From positions 2,590 to 66,589 of the forward strand of contig JBEKQG010000001.1 in the NCBI GenBank assembly GCA_049519955.1: a stretch of DNA of 64,000 bases, written 5' to 3'. Position 1 is the first letter of the stretch. Every line of letters begins with the position of its first letter. This DNA is from Terriglobales bacterium (GTDB lineage: Bacteria > Acidobacteriota > Terriglobia > Terriglobales > Acidobacteriaceae). The position numbers and the translations under genes were made by a program. The notes under the pieces are model-generated. The model had not been told where the DNA came from. It ran no database searches and worked only from the letters and a program-made list of their open reading frames with translations. This document shows positions 35,793 to 45,501 of this stretch, in pieces.

Positions 35793-36761
35793 TCACGGCA
35801 GCAGCAGCAACTTCCCCGTAGTCTTCCGCCCCTCCAGATCGCGGTGCGCCTGCCGCGCTTCGGCCAACGGATAAACATGTTCAATCCGCAACTTGAGCTT
35901 GCCATTGTCAATCATGCCGAATACCGCGTCGGCCCTCTGCTGCAACTCCTGCGCCGTGGCGATGTAATTTCCCAGCGAAGGCCGCGTCAAGAAGATCGAT
36001 CCCTTCTGCGTCAGCACCAGCGGATCCACAGGCTCGACCGCTCCGCTCGACCCGCCATAAAGCACCATCATACCGCGCGGACGCAGCAGGTTCAGCCCCT
36101 TGTCGAACGTCGTCTTGCCCACCGAGTCATACACAACATCCACGCCTTTGCCGCCGGTCAGCCGTTTTGTTTCCGCCTCAAAATCCGCCTGCGTATAAAG
36201 AATGACTTCGTCCGCTCCCGCCGCCCGCGCCAGCTTGGCTTTCTCTTCGGTCGAGACCGTCGCGATCACACGCACTCCAAGGTTGTGCGCCATCTGCACC
36301 AGCAGCAACCCCACTCCTCCAGCCGCCGCATGAATCAGCGCCGTCTCGCCCTTCTTCAGCGGATACGTATCGTGAGCCAGATAGTGCGCCGTCATCCCCT
36401 GCAACATGGCGGCCGCAGCCTCGCGCTCGCCCACTCCCTCCGGAATCTTCACCAGCCGGTCGGCCGCAACCGCCGCGTACTCGGCATAGCTCCCCATCGC
36501 CATCGTGTAGGCCACGCGATCGCCGGCCACGACCTCATGCACGGCCGAGCCGACCGCCGACACTACGCCCGCCGCTTCCTGTCCCAGCACAAACGGCGCC
36601 GCCGCCTTGTAACGCCCTTCGCGGTAATAGACATCGATGAAGTTAACGCCCGCCGCCTGGATCTTCACCAAGGCTTCGTTCGCTTTCGGTTGCGGAACCG
36701 GCAAGTCCACCAGTTCCATCGCTTCCGGCCCACCTGTTTGCTTAACCTGTATGGCTTTCAT
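35793..36761 (-). CDS. NADPH:quinone oxidoreductase (zeta-crystallin-like MDR)
   Basis: Shows MKAIQVKQTGGPEAMELVDLPVPQP..., AAGVNFIDVYYREGRY and the AAGGVG nucleotide motif. The start was chosen at the ATG on the complement of 36759-36761; the ORF track start is 36941. Confidence 0.85.
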   Translation of the reverse strand: MKAIQVKQTGGPEAMELVDLPVPQPKANEALVKIQAAGVNFIDVYYREGRYKAAAPFVLGQEAAGVVSAVGSAVHEVVAGDRVAYTMAMGSYAEYAAVAADRLVKIPEGVGEREAAAAMLQGMTAHYLAHDTYPLKKGETALIHAAAGGVGLLLVQMAHNLGVRVIATVSTEEKAKLARAAGADEVILYTQADFEAETKRLTGGKGVDVVYDSVGKTTFDKGLNLLRPRGMMVLYGGSSGAVEPVDPLVLTQKGSIFLTRPSLGNYIATAQELQQRADAVFGMIDNGKLKLRIEHVYPLAEARQAHRDLEGRKTTGKLLLLP

Positions 36762-36981
36762 ATTCACCTTCGATGATTCTGAAACCTCCAAAGACTCCGC
36801 CCGAGCCGCCCAACCCGTTTGCCATCTCCGGCAAGCCCGAAGTAAGATGACCTGCCGGTTCCCAAAGTAACGGGATGCTTTCGTCTTCCATGGCGTTGAC
36901 CCAACGAATTTTGCGATAGTACCATCTAATCGTGGAAGCATGGATTACGCCCGGGAGTGGTTTGGGTAAGTTTCCGAAAAT

Positions 36982-38973
36982 ATGAGAATTTCTTCTCACT
37001 CGTTTCTGGCGATCCTGCTCTCCGCCCCGCTGGCGGCGACCCTCGCTTGTCAGAGTGCCCAGAAATCGTCCTTTCTGCCTCCCGCCCAAGCCCAAGCCCC
37101 AGCCCTGATCTCGGCCAGCACCCCACCCGATCCGCAAAAGCAGAAGCCGGCCGCTGAACCGCAATCGAAGCCGCCGGTCCCGCAAGCGCTCCAAGTCGAT
37201 CCCATAGGCGATCTGATCGCCCGCGTCGAAAAGGAATACCAGTCGGGTCAGGACAATTATCGCGCCGGGCACCTCGAAGCCGCGAAACAGAACTTCGACT
37301 CCGCCTTCAACCTGCTGCTCGGCAGCGGATTCGATCTCCGCTCCGATCTTAACTCCGACGACCGCCTGGAGCGCGAACTCGACCGCATTCTCGACGGCAT
37401 CAACGCCCTCGAACTCGCCGCCTTGCAGCAGGGCGACGGCTTTTCCGAGCAAAAGTCCGAACCGGCCCCCATCGACGAAGCCAACGAGATCACCACGACC
37501 GTTGACCAGAACATCAAAGCCCAGGCCGAGGCCGAACTTAAATCCACGCATTCCGATCTGCCGCTGGTCATGACCGACCAGGTCGCCGGTTATATCAATT
37601 ACTTCTCTGGACGCGGACGCGGCATACTCGAACGCGCCCTCGTCCGATCCGGCCGCTACGAAGACATGATTCACCGCACTCTGCGCGAAGAAGGCCTGCC
37701 ACAGGACCTCATCTATCTCGCCCAAGCCGAGTCCGGGTTCCATCCGCTGGCGGTTTCCAAAGCCGGCGCTCGCGGCATGTGGCAGTTCATGGGCGGCAGC
37801 GGCCACGGTTATGGACTGGAACGCAGTTGGTGGATCGACGACCGTCAAGATCCCGAAAAAGCCACCCGCGCCGCCGCCCGCTATCTAAAAGACCTCTATA
37901 ACCAGTTCGGAGACTGGTATCTGGCCATGGCCGCCTACGACTCCGGAGCTGGGACCGTCCAGAGCGCGGTCAAGCGCACCGGCTACGCCGATTTCTGGGA
38001 ACTCTATAACCGCAACGTGCTGCCCAAGGAAACCCGCAACTACGTACCCATCATCGTGGCCGTCACCATCATGGCCAAGAATCCCGCGCAATACGGCTTG
38101 GATTCGGTGGTCAAGGAAAAGCCAGTCCCTTACGATGCGGTCAAGATCGACTATCCCATCGATCTCCGCCTCGCCGCTGAGTGCGTGGATGCCACGGCCT
38201 CCGACCTGCTCGACCTGAACCCCAGCCTGCTCCGCATGACCACTCCCAAGGATGCTGGTAAGGACCGCGAGTTCGAGCTCCACCTGCCTGCTGGGACGGC
38301 CGGCAAATTTCAAACGGCGGTCGCCTCGATTCCAGCCGACATGCGCGTCTGGTGGCGCTATCACAAGGTGCAGGGGGGAGAGACGCTGGCCTCGGTCGCC
38401 CGCACTTATCACACAACTCCGCAAGCCATCGCCGCAGCGAACGATCTCACTGACGATTTAGTCGTGCCGGAAAGCCGTCTGATTATCCCAATCACTCCGG
38501 GCAAGGAGAGGGATAAAGACAGCAGTATCAGCACTTACGCGCACGCGACCACGCACTACAAGGTGCGCAAAGGCGATACGGTGGAGTCGGTGGCGGAAAA
38601 TTTCGGCGTCTCCCCGAAAATGGTGCGCAGTTGGAACCGCTTGAAAGGGAACAGCTTAGCGGAACGAAAGGTCTTGTATCTCCACCTTCCGGTGACGCGG
38701 GGAGCGGGCGAAACACGGCTCGCAGCGCGGCATCCGAGCAAGGCAAAGCAGCACGCCGGAACCACAACTGCCTCAGCCAGTAAGGCACCCAGCGGCGCGG
38801 GTCATCCCATGGAGACTCATCCTACGGTGACGCATCACAAGGTCAAGCCTGGGGAAACCCTGTATTCGATTGCAACCTCTTATAACACCACGGTTTCCGC
38901 CCTGAAGCACGACAACCGGAACGTCGCCACCCTGAGGCCGGGGATGGTTCTGGTTGTCCACAATCCCCGATAA
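36982..38973 (+). CDS. lytic transglycosylase (SLT domain) with three LysM domains, MltD-like
   Basis: It has a lipoprotein-like signal. The SLT motif reads LIYLAQAESGFHPLAVSKAGARGMWQFM. The LysM repeats read YHKVQGGETLASVA, HYKVRKGDTVESVA and HHKVKPGETLYSIA. Confidence 0.85.
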   Translation: MRISSHSFLAILLSAPLAATLACQSAQKSSFLPPAQAQAPALISASTPPDPQKQKPAAEPQSKPPVPQALQVDPIGDLIARVEKEYQSGQDNYRAGHLEAAKQNFDSAFNLLLGSGFDLRSDLNSDDRLERELDRILDGINALELAALQQGDGFSEQKSEPAPIDEANEITTTVDQNIKAQAEAELKSTHSDLPLVMTDQVAGYINYFSGRGRGILERALVRSGRYEDMIHRTLREEGLPQDLIYLAQAESGFHPLAVSKAGARGMWQFMGGSGHGYGLERSWWIDDRQDPEKATRAAARYLKDLYNQFGDWYLAMAAYDSGAGTVQSAVKRTGYADFWELYNRNVLPKETRNYVPIIVAVTIMAKNPAQYGLDSVVKEKPVPYDAVKIDYPIDLRLAAECVDATASDLLDLNPSLLRMTTPKDAGKDREFELHLPAGTAGKFQTAVASIPADMRVWWRYHKVQGGETLASVARTYHTTPQAIAAANDLTDDLVVPESRLIIPITPGKERDKDSSISTYAHATTHYKVRKGDTVESVAENFGVSPKMVRSWNRLKGNSLAERKVLYLHLPVTRGAGETRLAARHPSKAKQHAGTTTASASKAPSGAGHPMETHPTVTHHKVKPGETLYSIATSYNTTVSALKHDNRNVATLRPGMVLVVHNPR

Positions 38974-39007
38974 GTCCAGCGGATTCAATGCAGTTTCCGA
39001 ATTGTAT

Positions 39008-39039
39008 GTACAAAGTGTTCCACGTGAAACACTTTGTAC
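39008..39039. repeat. 32-bp near-perfect palindrome centred on CACGTG
   Basis: gtacaaagtgttccacgtgaaacactttgtac, between convergent genes. No T-run follows it. Confidence 0.7.
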
Positions 39040-39208
39040 TGGCTTAAGCATACGTACGATAACGTATCTACAAAAACGAACCAAACGCGAAAAGACGGGG
39101 ACGGCGGGCCACCGTTCGGCTGTCGCCCAGGGCGAGCTTTCTCGAAAAGCGCGAGAAGTGGCGCACCCGGCACGACGTTAGGGGTTGGGGAACGGCGGGA
39201 GCCTCGCG

Positions 39209-39904
39209 TCACGGACGCTTTACGACCAGCTCGACCGTCGTACCGGCTGGAACGGACAGAGTCCCAAGTAGCTGATCCTTCTGCGCGCGCACTTTTACAA
39301 TCTGTCCATCCGCTGCATGGGCGGGCAAGACGAAGTTGCCCATGTCGCCCGTCACCGCGATGTCTGCATAGCCCGGAATCGACACCCGTGCTCCGGCGAC
39401 CGATTTGCCGTGCTGGTCAAGTACGACTCCCCGGATCGTCGCCGCGGTGTCTTGCTTGAGCTGAATCTCCACTGCCGGAAAATAATCTTTGTCCAAAACG
39501 AGCGTGGAATTACCGGCGAGAAACGCGTTCCTCTCCGACGCAAATAGCTTCAACTTGCCGTCTGCCGGTCGCGATTGGGGCGGAATGTCAAACTCCCATC
39601 CGCCCTGAATCTTCTTTGCTTCTCCGCCGGTTGATGAGATCACGTGGACATCATCGACTGGCTGTTTGTCTAACCCGAGCACGAAAACCCGAACGATGTA
39701 CAACCCTCTCCACTCTGTTATTGTCCGCGATAACTCAGGAGCAAGCCCGAGAATCAGGACTACAGCCGCCAAGAACCGCAGGATGCGGAACTGTCTATTC
39801 ATGATCGATATGGTGAATAAGATCGCCGTAAGAACGGCCGCGATTGCAGCGACCGCTACGGGGTGTGTTGTACGGCCCGCGATTTCAAGAGCGTTTTCCC
39901 ACAT
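39209..39904 (-). CDS. membrane protein with carboxypeptidase-regulatory-like (beta-sandwich) domains
   Basis: 231-aa ORF with two N-terminal TM helices. Segments such as IRGVVLDQHGKSVAGARVSIPGYADIAVTGDMGNFVL resemble CarboxypepD_reg-type domains. It starts 4 nt after the upstream TPR gene's stop. Confidence 0.5.
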   Translation of the reverse strand: MWENALEIAGRTTHPVAVAAIAAVLTAILFTISIMNRQFRILRFLAAVVLILGLAPELSRTITEWRGLYIVRVFVLGLDKQPVDDVHVISSTGGEAKKIQGGWEFDIPPQSRPADGKLKLFASERNAFLAGNSTLVLDKDYFPAVEIQLKQDTAATIRGVVLDQHGKSVAGARVSIPGYADIAVTGDMGNFVLPAHAADGQIVKVRAQKDQLLGTLSVPAGTTVELVVKRP

Positions 39905-39907
39905 GGT

Positions 39908-41890
39908 TTACTTCTCCGTCTGACTGACAGGCTCTTCGCTTACCCAGGCCTGCAGCACGCGCCTGATCCGCTCGGTCATAGGATGGTGGGGGCCCAGCGT
40001 CTTCTCATCGATGGCCAGCGCCCGTCGTACAAACGACTCGGCGCTAGCGTAGTTGCCCTCGTCATGGAGCAGCGCGGCGAGGTTGCATAGGCTTTGGACG
40101 GTGTTGGGATGATCGGGGCCGAGCGTCTTTTCCCTGATTGCCAGCGCCCGGCGGAAAAGCGGCTCCGCGTCTGCATACCGACCCTTGGCCTGGAGCGCCA
40201 GACCGAGGTTGTTCAGGGACGAGGCCACGTCGGGATGATCCGGTCCCACCGACCTCTCCGAAATGGCCAACGCCCGCCGGAAAAGCGGCTCCGCCCCATC
40301 GTAGTCCTTCTTCAAGCGGAGTAACTCGGCGAGGTTGTTCAGACTTTCGGCAGTTTCGGGATGATCGGGTCCGAGCGCCTTTTCCCTAATGGCCAGCGCT
40401 CGCCGAAACAGGGGCTCCGCGCCCGCATAATCGGCCCTGTGTTGGAGCAAGGTGGCGAGGCCGTTCAACACGTCGGCCACGTTGGGATGATCCGGTCCCA
40501 CCGACGTCTCCAAAATGGCCAGCGCCCGCCGGAAAAGCGGCTCCGCCCCCGCGTAGTCCCCATTGTCCTGTAGCAAAGAAGCGAGATTGTGTAAGGCTGC
40601 GGCCGTAACGGGATGCTCGGGGCCGAGCGCCTTTTCCCTAATGGCAAGCGCTCGCCGATATAGGGGCTCCGCGCCCGCATAATCGGCCTCGTCCTGGCGC
40701 ACCGAAGCGAGGTTGCCTAAAATGGTCCCCTCGACGAGACTATCGGGTCCGAGCGCCTTTTGGACAATGGCCAGTGCTCGCCGGTAGAGCGTCTCCGCGT
40801 CTGCGTAGTCGCCTCTCAAGTGGAACAATGAACCGAGGTTGCTCAAGTACGTGGCCACGTGGGGATGATCCGCACCCAGAGCGTTCTCACTGATGGTCAG
40901 AGCACGCCGGTACAGCGGCTCCGCATCCGCGTAATCTCCCGCGTTGGTGAGACTCAGCGCCAGGCTGTTCAGGACCGCAACATTATCGGGTCGAAATTGA
41001 AGGCAGCGCTGTAAAGCAGTGGCTGAATCCCGGTACTTACCTTCCTCATAGAGCGACTGACCGAGAAAGAACGCGGCATCGGCCACAGCTCTTTGGTCTC
41101 CGGCCAGCTTCTCTTCTCTCCCCCGGAGCGAGTCCGCAAGCTGCGCCGAGGCTTTGGCATAGTTACGCCCGTACAGAGCCGCCAGTCCTAGTTCGTAAGG
41201 ATCGGTTGTCTTGGCTCCCCAGGCCCGTATCGCTCGATCCAGGTCATCCGGAGCCAGTCCGTACTGTTTCGCAACGGCAGCGAGGTTGGCTTTCGGGTCT
41301 TCCTGCGGGGCTTGCTTATCTGCGGTCTTCGGAGCATTGGCCTTGTTGAGCTGGGCTGTTAAGGCAGCTAGAACCACGCCGCTTTCGAGAGCCGCGCGGT
41401 CTCCCCGCTGCACTACCACAACTTCGGCAAAATTATCCGATTCGTTTTCGAACGAAGGAACTAGAGTCTTGTAGTCCCAGGGGGATACCATTACGAAGTC
41501 CTTGGCCGGTGGGGACTTCAAAATCTGTAGAGTGACCCAGCTCTTTTCCTTCGTATCCTTTGCGAGCGCGATCCGAGCCTTGCCATCATCCCCGGTAACC
41601 GACGATCCGCCGTCTCCCTCGACTCCAATTTGCACGCCGCTAATCGGATGACGCTGTACGTCCTTTACATGGACGACCAGCACACCCGACTCTGCCCAAA
41701 GCACGCCACTTGCCGCGCACAGCAAGGCGCCGAGCAGCAAAACGAAGTTGAGTCGGAGAAGGCGGCGCATAACAAAGAACCGGATCGCGTTGCGGTGTAC
41801 TTCGTCGATGACGCGGGGGATGATTGCGCGCTCGGGGTTGACCTGTCCGGGCGAGGCGACGACGACGCGCAATACGCGAAGCTGGTCCAT
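39908..41890 (-). CDS. tetratricopeptide repeat protein (TPR_12 / kinesin-light-chain-like), exported or membrane-anchored
   Basis: 660-aa ORF with about 9 consecutive 42-aa repeats (YADAEPLYRRALAIxEKALGPDHPxVAxxLNNLAxLL). A signal/TM segment MRRLLRLNFVLLLGALLCAASG begins at residue 41, so an alternative start is at 41770. Confidence 0.8.
   Translation of the reverse strand: MDQLRVLRVVVASPGQVNPERAIIPRVIDEVHRNAIRFFVMRRLLRLNFVLLLGALLCAASGVLWAESGVLVVHVKDVQRHPISGVQIGVEGDGGSSVTGDDGKARIALAKDTKEKSWVTLQILKSPPAKDFVMVSPWDYKTLVPSFENESDNFAEVVVVQRGDRAALESGVVLAALTAQLNKANAPKTADKQAPQEDPKANLAAVAKQYGLAPDDLDRAIRAWGAKTTDPYELGLAALYGRNYAKASAQLADSLRGREEKLAGDQRAVADAAFFLGQSLYEEGKYRDSATALQRCLQFRPDNVAVLNSLALSLTNAGDYADAEPLYRRALTISENALGADHPHVATYLSNLGSLFHLRGDYADAETLYRRALAIVQKALGPDSLVEGTILGNLASVRQDEADYAGAEPLYRRALAIREKALGPEHPVTAAALHNLASLLQDNGDYAGAEPLFRRALAILETSVGPDHPNVADVLNGLATLLQHRADYAGAEPLFRRALAIREKALGPDHPETAESLNNLAELLRLKKDYDGAEPLFRRALAISERSVGPDHPDVASSLNNLGLALQAKGRYADAEPLFRRALAIREKTLGPDHPNTVQSLCNLAALLHDEGNYASAESFVRRALAIDEKTLGPHHPMTERIRRVLQAWVSEEPVSQTEK
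39943..40993. repeat. ~126-bp periodic coding repeats (TPR units) inside the TPR gene
   Basis: The periodicity of the translated 42-aa repeats and the recurring DNA strings (ccggaaaagcggctccgc..., gatgatccggtcccaccga...) show it. Confidence 0.75.
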
Positions 41891-42265
41891 GGGCGAGAGT
41901 GACTCCTCGGGTGAACGTTTGGGGCCCGTGGAAGGAGCGAACTGGCGAGTATAACAGCCGGGTGCCCCATGTCTCGCGGTTTTCGAGACGTGGGACGCTG
42001 CGGGTTCGTCACTCCTGCAGCCCGGCGCTGACCCGACCTTTTTTCATCACACCCAGCCAGTGCGACCCATCACAGACGCCAAACCCAATCCGCGCGACAA
42101 TCTCTCATGATCTGCCGTAGGCCCAAGGAATGCCCGTCCCCTAATACCGCCCTCGAAGCTACCGCAGCCCCACGGCAAAGTTACTTATTGATCACTAGCA
42201 TTGGATGCGAAAATCGCACCGCCACCCCACCCCAAAAAAGCCGAAAAAAGGCCCAAAAATGGACC

Positions 42266-42353
42266 TAAGTCCTTATTCCCGAATACTTTGGAGTTAAGTC
42301 CTTATTCTTGAATACTTTAGGGGAAATAGGGGGGGGGAGGGGGTGGGGGTAAC
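42266..42353. promoter_or_regulatory. two tandem 29-bp units (taagtccttattcYYgaatactttRg) followed by a G-tract
   Basis: The units are at 42266-42294 and 42295-42323, each with dyad symmetry AAGT..ATTC-N2-GAAT-ACTT. The G-tract is at 42328-42350. On the minus strand this reads C-tract then 2 repeats, upstream of the TPR operon. Function is unknown. Confidence 0.4.
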
Positions 42354-42390
42354 AAAATGCCCGCCCGGGTCAAAATTCCGACCGAAAAAG

Positions 42391-43134
42391 TTAACCCATC
42401 AGTAAACCGCCATTCACGTTGAGCACATGCCCTGTGATATAGGACGAATCGTCGGAAGCCAGAAAGCACACCGCGCTCGCAACATCCTCCGGCGCGCCGA
42501 CTCGGCCGAGCGGAATCTGCTTTATCGCGCTTTGCTTGAATTCTTCGCTTAGAGCGGCGGTCATGCCGGTCTCAATGAATCCGGGAGCGACGGCGTTGCA
42601 GGTGATGTTGCGCGAGGCGACTTCGCGGGCCATGGCCATGGTCAGGCCGATCAGTCCGGCTTTGGAGGCGGCGTAATTCGCCTGTCCCGCCTGGCCGGTT
42701 TGGCCGAAGACGCTGGTGATGTTGACGATGCGTCCCCAGCGCTGCTTGAGCATGGAGCCGATGGCCTGCTGGATGCAGAGATAGGCGGAGGTCAGGTTGG
42801 TGTTGAGCACGGCGTCCCAATCGGCGCGCTTCATGCGCATGACGAGTTGGTCGCGCGTGATGCCGGCGTTGTTGACCAGGATGTCGATCTTGCCGAATTG
42901 CGCGAGCGCGGACTTGACGCCGGACTTGACCTGCTCTTCGTCGGAGACGTCGATGACGAAAGGAGCGGCCTGGCCGCCGGCTGAGGCGATCTCGGCGACG
43001 AGTTCGTCGAGCTTCTGCCGGTTGCGGGCTGCCGCGGCGACGGTGGCGCCCTCGCGCGCCAAGGCCAGCGCGCAGGCATGACCGATGCCTTGCGACGCTC
43101 CGGTAACCAGCGCGACTCGCCCTTCGAGTTTCAT
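42391..43134 (-). CDS. fabG: 3-oxoacyl-ACP reductase FabG
   Basis: Shows MKLEGRVALVTGASQGIG, NNAGITRD, YAASKAGLIG and a GHVLNVNGGLLMG C-terminus. The start was chosen at the complement of 43132-43134; the ORF track start is 43248. Confidence 0.88.
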   Translation of the reverse strand: MKLEGRVALVTGASQGIGHACALALAREGATVAAAARNRQKLDELVAEIASAGGQAAPFVIDVSDEEQVKSGVKSALAQFGKIDILVNNAGITRDQLVMRMKRADWDAVLNTNLTSAYLCIQQAIGSMLKQRWGRIVNITSVFGQTGQAGQANYAASKAGLIGLTMAMAREVASRNITCNAVAPGFIETGMTAALSEEFKQSAIKQIPLGRVGAPEDVASAVCFLASDDSSYITGHVLNVNGGLLMG

Positions 43135-43192
43135 GAGTGCTCCTTGGGAAACAGAAGTTAGGAATGGAGGATTATAAACGGCGCGCAGTAGA

Positions 43193-43636
43193 ATGAGGAG
43201 AAGGGAATGGCGGCCCATGACGAAACGGAAATCGAAAGGCGCGTACATGATCTCGGCGGTGGCCGAGATGTATGAGATACATCCGCAGACGCTGCGGCTT
43301 TATGAGCGCGAAGGGCTGCTCAAGCCGAGCCGCACGGAAGGCAATACGCGGCTCTATACGGATGAAGATCTGCTGCGGTTGGAGTTCATACTGTCGCTGG
43401 CGCGCGATTTGGGGGTCAACATCAGCGGCATGGCCATCATTTTGCAAATGCGCGAGCGCATGGAGGAAATGCAGCGGCAGATCCAGGAGTTCGTGCAGTA
43501 CATCCAGCAAGAAGTGCTGACGCGGGCGTCGGCGGCTGCCGATCCGTCGAAAGGCGCGATCGTGCCGTTGCGGAGGCGGCCGCTGGTCGAAGCCGCGGAT
43601 TCGGCTTCATCCAAGCGCAAAGAATCGTCGAAATAA
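43193..43636 (+). CDS. MerR-family transcriptional regulator, HspR-like
   Basis: ISAVAEMYEIHPQTLRLYEREGLLKPSRTEGNTRLYTDEDLLRLEFILSLARDLGVNISG resembles the heat-shock repressor HspR. The start could be the ATG at 43217. Confidence 0.75.
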   Translation: MRRREWRPMTKRKSKGAYMISAVAEMYEIHPQTLRLYEREGLLKPSRTEGNTRLYTDEDLLRLEFILSLARDLGVNISGMAIILQMRERMEEMQRQIQEFVQYIQQEVLTRASAAADPSKGAIVPLRRRPLVEAADSASSKRKESSK

Positions 43637-43690
43637 GCTGGCGCCGATTTTTTCTTGGAAGAGATGGAGCTTCGGGCACGCTGGATTCTT

Positions 43691-44425
43691 CTAGGCTTTT
43701 GCAGGCGGCGCGTACTTTCCCGTCATCGCATTCCAGCGGATGCGCAAGACTTCGACGAACATTCGGAGGCCATCGCGCAACGGATGCAGGCGCGTGCCCT
43801 GGCTGTGCGCCCACAGCACAGGGACTTCTGCCACGCGCAAGCCGGCGCGACGAGCGAGGAATAAAATCTCGGGATCGAATCCCCAGCGCTCAATTTTTTG
43901 CAGAGGGAAGATGCGTTGCGCCGCGTCTCGCCGGAATGCCTTGAATCCGCATTGCGTGTCCGCGAAACCCAGCCCCAGAATTAGCCGCAGCGCCAGGTTG
44001 AAGATGCGTCCAAAGGCCTGGCGGTAGAGCGGCTGGCGCGCGGTTTGCAGTTCCGTTTGCAGCCAGCGCGAGCCGATTGCGAGGTCGGCGCCCTGACCGA
44101 TGGCGTCGAAGAGTTTGGGCGCCTCGGTGATGGGCGAAGAAAGATCGGCGTCCGTGAACAGGGAAATCTCGCCGCGCGCGTGCAGCATTCCATTGCGCAC
44201 GCTGTAGCCTTTGCCGCGGTTGCCGGGATTTTCCACCAGCAGGACCTGGGCGTGGCGCTTGCCGTATTCGCGCACGATTTGCGCGGTATCGTCGGTCGAA
44301 CCGTCGTCCACCACCAAAATCTCCGCGTCCCAGTTTTGTTCCTTGGTGTAGCGGAGGACCTCATCGAGCGTTGGCCGAATGCGCTCGCTTTCGTTATAGG
44401 CGGGAATGACGAAGCTGTAGGTCAA
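43691..44425 (-). CDS. family 2 glycosyltransferase (dolichyl-phosphate beta-glucosyltransferase-like)
   Basis: SFVIPAYNESERI...EILVVDDGSTDDT...TDADLSSP are the GT2 signature segments. Confidence 0.82.
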   Translation of the reverse strand: MTYSFVIPAYNESERIRPTLDEVLRYTKEQNWDAEILVVDDGSTDDTAQIVREYGKRHAQVLLVENPGNRGKGYSVRNGMLHARGEISLFTDADLSSPITEAPKLFDAIGQGADLAIGSRWLQTELQTARQPLYRQAFGRIFNLALRLILGLGFADTQCGFKAFRRDAAQRIFPLQKIERWGFDPEILFLARRAGLRVAEVPVLWAHSQGTRLHPLRDGLRMFVEVLRIRWNAMTGKYAPPAKA

Positions 44426-44663
44426 AAGGCCATCCGTGAATCTTGGCGCGCAGTGCTCGCGCGAAAAAGTCCAATTAAGATCATGCGCGATTTTGAAATT
44501 CTAGTCTCCCACACGGCCGCAAAGCGCGCCACCGCAACCCGCGAGTGGAGACGGAGCGCGTGGGGAGAGGCGGCCTTGCCCGTCCAGCGTCGCCGGGAAA
44601 CCGAACATTTTCCGTGTTCAGCCGTCATAGCGAGGCGTTACGCGCCCGTGCCATTCTTCCTGG

Positions 44664-45332
44664 ATGCCGCGGAAAACTGTGCTGATCTTCGCCATGCTCT
44701 GCATCGCGATGGGCGAATGCGCCGCCGTTTCCAAGCCCCACGTCATCGTTTTTGGAAAATGGATTTCCGCCAAGTGGCCCAACGCCACCGGACAAAAGAC
44801 GCTGGATTTGAAAGTGCGTCCGCTGTTCGTGGATACGCGGCTCAAGGAATACACCACCGGAACTCCGCACGAACTGACCGACCGACTGTTCGTGGTTCGC
44901 CGCGCTTTTCGCGTCAACGATGCGCTGCCCACGGAGAATGCGACCGCGCCGCGCTGGCAATGGCAACGCGGAGGCTGGCTGCTGGTTGACCGCCTCACCG
45001 GACGCGTCTCGCAACTGAACCTGCCCGAGTTCGATCCCTTCTACTCGACGGCAAGCTGGTATCGCGACTACATCGCCTATTGCGGAGTCTCCGAGGACGG
45101 CAAGAAACTCTACGCGGTAGTGGCCCAGGTGGGACGCAGGAAGCCGATCCTGAAGAAAGATGCAGGCGAACCCGGAGGCGCCGACGATCCTGACTCCGAG
45201 TGCCCGGCGCCCGTTTGGGAGCGCACGCCCATGCGAGTAAGCTTCCAGCCGAACGACAAACAGAGCTTAGTCTTCAACATACGAAGCCGAGTGGTGGACG
45301 TAGTCAACGACGCCGAAGATCCGGAGGAGTAG
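44664..45332 (+). CDS. secreted hypothetical protein
   Basis: 222-aa ORF with a signal-peptide-like N-terminus (MPRKTVLIFAMLCIAMGECAA). I recognise no family. Confidence 0.5.
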   Translation: MPRKTVLIFAMLCIAMGECAAVSKPHVIVFGKWISAKWPNATGQKTLDLKVRPLFVDTRLKEYTTGTPHELTDRLFVVRRAFRVNDALPTENATAPRWQWQRGGWLLVDRLTGRVSQLNLPEFDPFYSTASWYRDYIAYCGVSEDGKKLYAVVAQVGRRKPILKKDAGEPGGADDPDSECPAPVWERTPMRVSFQPNDKQSLVFNIRSRVVDVVNDAEDPEE

Positions 45333-45501
45333 CCAAACCAAAACCGACTTCCGGCTAAAACATAAAGAGGATACAAATGCTATTCCGGTGCAGGTCCGGT
45401 AGCTAGGATGAACCACCGCTTCATTGCGCTCATGTTCCCCTTTGCGTGTGCACCCGAAGCGGGTATTCTAACGATGAGCATTCTGACGACGGTCATAAGG
45501 A

